64,000 nucleotides of DNA, taken from contig JAZRIB010000005.1 of NCBI GenBank assembly GCA_045645065.1, positions 125,917 through 189,916 of the forward strand, written 5' to 3'. Made by a program: the position numbers and the translations under genes. Below are positions 57,626 through 64,000 of the stretch, one piece after another (within the stretch, counting starts at the first letter, position 1; the number at the start of each line of letters is the position of its first letter). Below the pieces are notes generated by a model. That model was given only the letters and a program-made list of their open reading frames with translations. It was not told where the DNA came from and ran no database searches. Origin of the DNA: Candidatus Enterousia sp. GTDB taxonomy: Bacteria; Pseudomonadota; Alphaproteobacteria; Rs-D84.

Positions 57626-57648
57626 GGGTGGGGGACAATACCCCCCCC
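57626..57648. repeat. G-rich/C8 hairpin with an 8-nt homopolymer tract upstream of giant gene 1
   Basis: GGGTGGGGG (57626-57634), ACAATA, then CCCCCCCC (57641-57648). This is a G8 run on the coding (minus) strand, 173-180 nt upstream of ATG 57468. Confidence 0.8.
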
Positions 57649-57703
57649 AAGGCAAATGTCATCCATGTCGCTATTATCTATTCATTAAATGAATAATCCA
57701 AAT

Positions 57704-57730
57704 AAAAACCCCGATTACTCGGGGTTTTTA
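57704..57730 (-). terminator. Rho-independent terminator after giant gene 2
   Basis: Stem CCCCGA (57709-57714) / TCGGGG (57719-57724), flanked by A5 and T5 runs, about 20 nt after the stop at 57752-57754. Confidence 0.75.
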
Positions 57731-57751
57731 TTTCCTTCCTGAAACTGTGCA

Positions 57752-60700
57752 TTATTGCCAATCGTTAACAACCGAATACGTTGTCGATCCGTTTTTAACT
57801 TTCAGCGCACCACTCAACGACGTGCTTAACGCGCCATAGAATGTTGTATCACCAACCTTGACACGCAGTGACGGTGTTGAACGTTCCGCGCTGCGCAAGT
57901 ATATTGTACTACCACCTGCGTGCAACTTGCGCCCACAGTCCGCCGCCTCGTTTGCACACGCACCCGAACCACATGTCACCAGTCCTGTTCCACATGCCGT
58001 ACGTGTCAAACTATCTGCTGCTGACCAGTATCCAGTTGTAACCGGTTTACACACATTACCCTTTAGCGTGGTTGCTGTCCCATTTGTATTATTACCAACG
58101 CCCGCCGCATAATAATATCCACTGGCACAACTATTCGCCTGCTGATATACCCAGCAACTGCTGAAATCGCCTGCTGTGCTTGAATACTGACAATAAACCT
58201 GACCATCATAATTACCTGTATCGTCCGCAACTGGTTCGTTCATACGCACCTGACAACCATCAATTGTGTCATGAATACCATCTGCGACCCAATACTGTTT
58301 GCCCAGCACCTTACTTGAATAAGTTTCATATGTCGGACAACTCCTACACGATGTCTGCTTTGTTGCATCCTGATACGTCGCACCGGTACATGCTGTCTGG
58401 GTTGTTTTACCCGTACCACTTACATGATACCCTGCAGACGCATCAATACACGAAGTCTTACCTGTTTCTGGCTGGTATGTACCCGCATCGCACAGTGTAC
58501 GTCCCTGTTCATTTGCATTGTACGAATATGTTACTTTTGTACTTGGGCAATATGAACCGGCTGGACATATCGTACATGATGTTTTACTACCTTGGACATA
58601 ATATCCCGCTTCACATTCAAAGCTTTGCAATAAACATGCATCCCCCGACGTTTGTGTTGCGCCACCAACTGTACCACCAACTGTATAGTTTGTTAAGCAT
58701 GTACATGTTGACGATGCGTTACCTGCGTTGGATGTACTGTTTGATGGACACGCAGAACAGCTTATTGTTGCGCCACTTTGGGTTGGTTTATACGTATTCT
58801 GGGCACAGGTTCCAGCATATGTACACGAATTAGTCCCCTTGGTTACAGAACAACTTGCCGCGTTTGTACCCTTTACGCATGGTTTACAATCCCATGAACA
58901 TGTGCTGGCGGTTGTTGCGCCACTGGTCCATTGACCGTTTGTTGGCAACCCAGAACACGGACTGCACGAAATACTGGACGCAGACGTATTCTTATTATGG
59001 TTTGCATTATAGTAACCATTGTTACATACGTGTTTGTACTGACATACATTGTTTACTACGCCTACAAACGTTGCACTGGCTACATTCGATCCCTTTGATG
59101 CCGATGCACATGGTGACCACTTTGCATAAACAGTAAGTGTTCCTCTGTCATGAATTGTGCCTGATGTACCAGTAATTTTAATGGTTGGTACACCTGTTGC
59201 AGTAATGACTTCATCCCATCTTTCGCCATCAAAGTCCCCGCCGTTGTTTAAACAATCGTAGAGCCCTTTGCCATTTTCCGCACACCAATCAAACTCATAC
59301 CCTTGGAATACATAGCCTGAACGTGTTGGTATTGCAACCTTGGTTATATAGTTCTTGGCACTATTCATCAAAGCGTACTCTCCGCCGCTTCCTGTGATTG
59401 GTGTAAAGTCCCCAGATGCATGAAAGTCAACATAAACCGTACCAGAACCGCCCGAACCACCATTATCATTCAATGTAACTTTCAGATAACGTCTGGCCCA
59501 GACTGGGGTCAACGTTAATGAATCGCCCGTTGCCAATCCCTTCAGATTATCGCCCGGTCTAACAACACTTTCACCATCGCATGGTTTTGTGCCGCCTGTA
59601 CATTTCCAGTTGACAAAGAAATAATCTGATTTTTCAAATGTATTTTCCGGCACGATGCAATCGCCACTGTACGTACAACTTTTCAACGATGGTTCCGAAC
59701 CGCCTGTTGCGCCATTGTTATCATAGTTCATTGCAAAAGTTTGTTCCGAACAACCCGCCAATGTCCCAGACGCAGAACCCGCTGTACCATACGCTGTGAA
59801 CGATGTTGTTCTGTCTGCACCACCATTCTGGCTGAAACGTGTGCTACATGTTACCGTGTACTGGCAACGATTGTTTGCTGTATCCGTAGACGCAGAACCT
59901 ATCGTACTGTTTGCACCGGCTGACCATGCGCACTGGGCCCATTGTGCCGTCAATGTGATGGTTGTTCCTGTGCTGGCGTTCTTGATATTTCCGCCAACGC
60001 CCGGCATTCCACCGTCACAGATAGTATTACCACCTGTACATTTCCAACCCGCGAACACATATCCTGAACGGGTATATGTATTTGCCGGAACGATACAGTC
60101 TTTATCGTACGTACAGCTGGTCAATGCTGTTGGTGCAGAACCACCTGTTGCACCATTGCCATTATACGTTACGCTAAACGTGTTGGCCTTACAACTTGGG
60201 GTTGCAGTGGTTGCATTGCTTACCGTATACCCATCTTCACACGTTGCGCTATATTTCGCAGTACCATCACTGTTAATGGTTAAAGAACATGTACCGTGAG
60301 TTGGTTTCACACAATTCGTCGCCCATGCTGCATACAAATTCGTATTTGCACTAAACGTTGTGTTGCTTGGCAACGCCCCTGTATTTGTTATACGACGTGT
60401 GCCACTGCCACCACTTGACGTCAAATCAGCTTGTTTCGTGGTATAGAACCCACGGAACGTAAAGCCATCACGCGACGGTATTGATGCCTTATCCAATGAT
60501 GATGTTGCACCACTGTTGCTGTACCAGCCCGTTGCATACTTTTCGTATATCGTCGAATGCGTTGCGCTGTCGTTATAATTACGCAATGTAATCGTGTATG
60601 TATTCGGCTTATACTCACATGTATCATCGGCACTCTTATAGTCACGACCAGATTTTGTATAACCCGGCTTGTCTGCGCAACTTGTAAAACAGTATGCATC

Positions 60701-63700
60701 ACTAATATTACCGCCATCTGAACCTGGGTAAAGATATGAACACGATGCACATGTCTTATCACGACCTGAACCTGTTACATATGCTCCACTTACTGCTTTA
60801 TATGTATTTGATTCATTTACTGTACCGGTGTAACTACCCGCGGTTGCATTATAATATACCATCATACCACCACTTGAACAGTACTCACTTTTCGTTGTTG
60901 CCGTGATACCAACATAGCACTGCGTTGCTTTGGTTGCTTTTGCATCAGACGCAACTGGCCATGTGCTATCCGGTGGGCATGTCATGCGTCCTTGGATTCC
61001 GCCATTATATGTCCATGATGTTTCCGGACAATAATATCCCGACTCACAATCTTTACATGTTGTACCATCCAAATACTGCCCCGCAGAACATGTATATGTG
61101 TTTGCAGTCCATTTACCAATGAATGTTGCTGTACCACTGGCCACACCTAAATCAGCTTTGGTACAATTAACAGTTGCGCCACTTGCAAATGTCTTTGCAT
61201 TAATTGCCCAACCACCAAATGTGTATCCTGTGGCACTCATTGCGGACGGCGCAGAGAATGTCGTACCATATGTACAACTGGTTGTAGCAGATGGTACTGT
61301 GCCATGACCCCCATTTGTCCATGCCAGTGTAATAACATTTGGCTGACATGAATCATCAACTACATGATAACCTTCGTTACATGTCCATTTTGCATGCAAG
61401 GCTTTATTACCTGTTGAACCCTTTGCAATCTGGGTAATTTTGTTTGTGAACGCAGATTCTGTATACCAACCACCAAACGTACTGTTTGCACGTGTTGGTG
61501 TGCCCAACACGATTGTTGGTGTTGTTACCTGATACGTTTTTGGCGCATCAGCATAGTTCGTACCACCATTCAACGTATATGAAATCGTATATGTCAACAC
61601 TGTTCCTGAACACATACTATTACCGTTCAAATCAGATGGTGTACATATTGCCTGTTCGTAACCACCACTTGGTGTTGCCGTTGCTGTACCGCAAATACCC
61701 TTGTCTACGGTTGGTGTACAACTTTTAACGCCAACGCCCAAAGAACATGTACAATCGTCACCCCAAATCGCATACAGCGTAACACGCGCATTATTTACAC
61801 TTATTACATTTGTGACGACCTCTGCGTTTGTGTACTGTGGTGTACCGATATTTGTTCTGGACCATCCTAAGAATCGTTTCAATCCATTAGAATAACCATT
61901 TGTTATCAACGCTTTGGGTTGATCATATGTATGGGCGCTTTCCAGCATTTTACCGTCACCACCATTTGGATCAAACACGATAACATATGTAACTGGTGTC
62001 CATTGTGCTGTTACCGCCGTAGAATTACCACCATACGTCCCCAGGTTTGTATTATTACAGGTCACAGAATCACCGGCTTTTTTGATTGAACCGTCTGCCA
62101 ATTTCCAACCGTCAAAGCCATAACCTGTACGGCTTGGTGCGCTTGGCAATACCAATGTACTGTTATATGTACATGATCCATTATCTATGATACCACCTTC
62201 GTTTTCGTTATAGTTAACAACGATTTCACGTGGGTTACATTTTGTACCATCTGTACTTTTTACATAACCATTGTTACATGTAAAGCTCAATGAACATGTC
62301 AACTGGCTTGCATTACATGTACCGTTATAATTTTCACGACCCGAAGATGTCGATGTTCCATGTGTACATGTCGCATGTAATGGACATGTTTGCTGTGTAC
62401 ATGCCTTTGTACAGTCTTTATAACAGTCTGCCTTTGCATCTGAGCCTGATTCGCTTTTTGGATGTGTTGATGGACATTGATTTTGTTTCGACGATGTTGA
62501 ATTTTCTGGACAGTAATATCCACTTTCACACGTACCACTACACGCCGCTGATGTCATACCTTTCTGGGCGCCATATGTACCACCTGGACACGCAATACAT
62601 GCTGTTGCTGCTGATGAACCAGTCAACGCATTATACGTACCAATTCCACATTCTGTGCGACCAGCAATCATGCCATAGTATACTTTTGAACCACCATTCG
62701 GACAGAACGATCCCTTTGGACAAGTAGTCTGTGCGCCACCTTCTGTTCCGACGTATTTACCTGTTTCCAAGGTCAGGTAACAATCAGCCGATGATGTTGA
62801 ACCTTCTGTACTGCTGTTATACCCATTCCCCAAGCCAGAGCATGTATTTGCCCCCCATGATTCATTGTATGTACCACTGCTGCACACTGGCACAGTACCA
62901 CCCGGACAGTATGAATTCGCAGGACATTTAACCGCTTTTCTATACAGCATACTATTCGTTGTTGTATTACAATACGTGCTGCTGTAACGTTCTGTCAAAT
63001 AATATCCAGCCTTTACATTAGACGTATATATACTACCTTGGTCTGTATCGTATTTACCAGTAGTTGAATCATATGCCATAGATTCAATGGTAAATGTCGC
63101 ACACGGTGTTGATACACGCATACCACTTCTACATTGTGTAATCAAACTTGTACCTGTTGCAGACCAACTGTGGAAGTACGCACTTTCTATCGATGAATTC
63201 GATGCTGTTGCTGTCGGGCAACGTTCTGTCAACCAATCCATATCAGACAATGATTCTTGATACGCACTGTTTGTTGGATCCGGACAGCTTTTTTTGCTGC
63301 TTGTATTTGGATAATACAATGTTGTTGCCGGACAGTAATTATTTACCTCACAAAGTGTCTGTGACGTTGCGTCTTTGGATGCGATATAGAATCCACCAGA
63401 CGTTGTGAAATAACAATCTTCTGCTGCATCCGACCCCGCCTTACTGTTTTTATACAGTCCTGGGCATGTTTTTGCACTGCTTGAACCTTCTGGGCAATAT
63501 GTACCTTCTGAACACTGTGCCACAGACGAACCATTACATACATAACCCGCCGGACATGCTTTCCATTCAACATAGAATTTCTTGTTGCCTGTTGAACCCT
63601 TTGCAATCTGGGTTGTAACTGTTCCAGATGCACTTTCTGCATGCCATGCAACGAACTGATAACCCGCCTTGTATGGTGTCGGCAAATTGAACGTAGTCGA

Positions 63701-64000
63701 CGTTACATCATATGACGATGGCGACAATGACATTGTGCTGGACCCGTCATAGTATGTAATAGAGTAGGTGTTCAAATTCCATTTCGCAGTCAATGTTTTA
63801 TCTGCTGCATATTTCCATGTGAACGCTGTGCTTGCTGCTTTGACATCGCTTGTGCCACTAACCGTCCAGCCCGCAAACGTATATCCCGTACGTGAACATG
63901 TGTTTGCTGCTGGGGTGAAACTGCTGTTATATGTTGCAGTTGTCGCAGACGGCGCAGTACCACTGCCATCACCACATGAATACGTTACATTATATTTACG
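57752..64000 (-). CDS. Giant secreted cysteine-rich mosaic protein 2, paralog of giant 1; 5' end outside window (at least 2082 aa)
   Basis: The reading frame stays open from 63793 to 64000 (own translation: RKYNVTYSCGDGSGTAPSATTATYNSSFTPAANTCSRTGYTFAGWTVSG...LTAKWNL). The ORF-track M at 63793 is an internal TTG. It uses the same two module types as giant 1 and has a Cys-free 59-aa C-terminal tail. Confidence 0.9.
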   Translation of the reverse strand, partial: RKYNVTYSCGDGSGTAPSATTATYNSSFTPAANTCSRTGYTFAGWTVSGTSDVKAASTAFTWKYAADKTLTAKWNLNTYSITYYDGSSTMSLSPSSYDVTSTTFNLPTPYKAGYQFVAWHAESASGTVTTQIAKGSTGNKKFYVEWKACPAGYVCNGSSVAQCSEGTYCPEGSSSAKTCPGLYKNSKAGSDAAEDCYFTTSGGFYIASKDATSQTLCEVNNYCPATTLYYPNTSSKKSCPDPTNSAYQESLSDMDWLTERCPTATASNSSIESAYFHSWSATGTSLITQCRSGMRVSTPCATFTIESMAYDSTTGKYDTDQGSIYTSNVKAGYYLTERYSSTYCNTTTNSMLYRKAVKCPANSYCPGGTVPVCSSGTYNESWGANTCSGLGNGYNSSTEGSTSSADCYLTLETGKYVGTEGGAQTTCPKGSFCPNGGSKVYYGMIAGRTECGIGTYNALTGSSAATACIACPGGTYGAQKGMTSAACSGTCESGYYCPENSTSSKQNQCPSTHPKSESGSDAKADCYKDCTKACTQQTCPLHATCTHGTSTSSGRENYNGTCNASQLTCSLSFTCNNGYVKSTDGTKCNPREIVVNYNENEGGIIDNGSCTYNSTLVLPSAPSRTGYGFDGWKLADGSIKKAGDSVTCNNTNLGTYGGNSTAVTAQWTPVTYVIVFDPNGGDGKMLESAHTYDQPKALITNGYSNGLKRFLGWSRTNIGTPQYTNAEVVTNVISVNNARVTLYAIWGDDCTCSLGVGVKSCTPTVDKGICGTATATPSGGYEQAICTPSDLNGNSMCSGTVLTYTISYTLNGGTNYADAPKTYQVTTPTIVLGTPTRANSTFGGWYTESAFTNKITQIAKGSTGNKALHAKWTCNEGYHVVDDSCQPNVITLAWTNGGHGTVPSATTSCTYGTTFSAPSAMSATGYTFGGWAINAKTFASGATVNCTKADLGVASGTATFIGKWTANTYTCSAGQYLDGTTCKDCESGYYCPETSWTYNGGIQGRMTCPPDSTWPVASDAKATKATQCYVGITATTKSEYCSSGGMMVYYNATAGSYTGTVNESNTYKAVSGAYVTGSGRDKTCASCSYLYPGSDGGNISDAYCFTSCADKPGYTKSGRDYKSADDTCEYKPNTYTITLRNYNDSATHSTIYEKYATGWYSNSGATSSLDKASIPSRDGFTFRGFYTTKQADLTSSGGSGTRRITNTGALPSNTTFSANTNLYAAWATNCVKPTHGTCSLTINSDGTAKYSATCEDGYTVSNATTATPSCKANTFSVTYNGNGATGGSAPTALTSCTYDKDCIVPANTYTRSGYVFAGWKCTGGNTICDGGMPGVGGNIKNASTGTTITLTAQWAQCAWSAGANSTIGSASTDTANNRCQYTVTCSTRFSQNGGADRTTSFTAYGTAGSASGTLAGCSEQTFAMNYDNNGATGGSEPSLKSCTYSGDCIVPENTFEKSDYFFVNWKCTGGTKPCDGESVVRPGDNLKGLATGDSLTLTPVWARRYLKVTLNDNGGSGGSGTVYVDFHASGDFTPITGSGGEYALMNSAKNYITKVAIPTRSGYVFQGYEFDWCAENGKGLYDCLNNGGDFDGERWDEVITATGVPTIKITGTSGTIHDRGTLTVYAKWSPCASASKGSNVASATFVGVVNNVCQYKHVCNNGYYNANHNKNTSASSISCSPCSGLPTNGQWTSGATTASTCSWDCKPCVKGTNAASCSVTKGTNSCTYAGTCAQNTYKPTQSGATISCSACPSNSTSNAGNASSTCTCLTNYTVGGTVGGATQTSGDACLLQSFECEAGYYVQGSKTSCTICPAGSYCPSTKVTYSYNANEQGRTLCDAGTYQPETGKTSCIDASAGYHVSGTGKTTQTACTGATYQDATKQTSCRSCPTYETYSSKVLGKQYWVADGIHDTIDGCQVRMNEPVADDTGNYDGQVYCQYSSTAGDFSSCWVYQQANSCASGYYYAAGVGNNTNGTATTLKGNVCKPVTTGYWSAADSLTRTACGTGLVTCGSGACANEAADCGRKLHAGGSTIYLRSAERSTPSLRVKVGDTTFYGALSTSLSGALKVKNGSTTYSVVNDWQ
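59846..59915. repeat. Inter-paralog DNA cassette, copy in giant 2 (partner 54097-54166)
   Basis: Hand alignment gives 67/70 identical nt. Confidence 0.85.
60617..60695. repeat. Inter-paralog DNA cassette, copy in giant 2 (partner 54436-54514)
   Basis: Hand alignment gives 77/79 identical nt. Confidence 0.85.
63891..64000. repeat. Inter-paralog DNA cassette, copy in giant 2 (partner 53885-53994); runs off the window
   Basis: Hand alignment gives 102/110 identical nt. Confidence 0.8.

Noticed and set aside
57469-57666. 66-aa N-terminal extension of giant gene 1 in the ORF track (MDDICLGGG...)
   Set aside because: The extension runs through the AT-rich spacer containing the palindrome and the G8 tract. 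The internal ATG at 57468 has a good RBS and starts a textbook signal peptide.
46143-63408. Dozens of plus-strand ORFs (60-217 aa, for example 58180-58833, 52566-53048 and 59796-60299) inside the giant-gene region
   Set aside because: They are antisense shadows of the long minus-strand frames. Their His/Tyr/Leu/Cys-heavy, repetitive composition mirrors the Thr/Gly/Cys/Tyr codons opposite. None has start or RBS context, and they would overlap uninterrupted 11-kb and 6-kb ORFs.
46078-64000. Regularly recurring sequence units that could be mistaken for a CRISPR array or a non-coding tandem repeat
   Set aside because: The units are 200+ nt, diverged, and lie in one continuous reading frame per gene. 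There are no short direct repeats with unique spacers and no cas genes.
46078-64000. A diversity-generating retroelement as the source of variability in the giant proteins
   Set aside because: No reverse transcriptase gene and no non-coding template-repeat copy is visible in the window. Similarity between copies is not restricted to adenine-specific differences.
1-64000. tRNA genes, rRNA genes, IS elements or transposases, integrases, and toxin-antitoxin pairs
   Set aside because: Scanning the intergenic regions by eye revealed no T-loop (GGTTCGAATCC-like) or cloverleaf candidates. No ORF has transposase, integrase or classic TA motifs. The absence of small features cannot be proven without tRNAscan or Infernal.

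Overview
AT-rich chromosomal window. Gene content and order suggest a streamlined alphaproteobacterium, possibly a host-associated lineage; this taxonomic call is inference. Most of it is housekeeping, largely on the minus strand: addA (3' end), recN, dnaE-rsmH, secA, RNase P RNA, an M14-like peptidase, ruvB, ybgC-tolQ-tolR-tolA, an OmpR/EnvZ-like two-component pair, a Pif1-like helicase, a lon-like gene, tsaB, rimI, rplM-rpsI, tig, rnj, HU, alaS, xseA, tsaD and a DUF2155 gene. I found no rRNA, tRNA, CRISPR array, transposase or prophage genes. The main feature is at 46.1-64.0 kb. Two head-to-tail giant genes sit there: 3796 aa, and at least 2082 aa still open at the window edge. Together they take about 28% of the window. 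Both encode very cysteine-rich secreted proteins. They mix Listeria-Bacteroides-type (InlB B-repeat-like) units with eukaryote-like CxxCPxGxYC / CxAGYY cysteine modules. The two genes share near-identical DNA cassettes in a different order. An intergenic region with a G8/C8 tract separates them. A second pair of secreted Cys-rich proteins (535 aa with an EGF-like motif, and 811 aa) lies at 2.4-6.5 kb downstream of rsmH. Several housekeeping genes look domain-reduced: Lon without a protease domain, AlaRS without C-Ala, short TolQ and TsaB, and addA split into two frames. Other items are a small membrane protein with a Cys/His cluster plus a canonical EF-hand loop, an alpha/beta hydrolase whose nucleophile Ser is Gln, and orphan genes inserted into conserved neighbourhoods (ruvB-ybgC, tsaB-rimI). 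Technical note: the ORF track prints M for alternative start codons (TTG/GTG), so several listed N-termini are too long; I adjusted starts where the sequence supports it.
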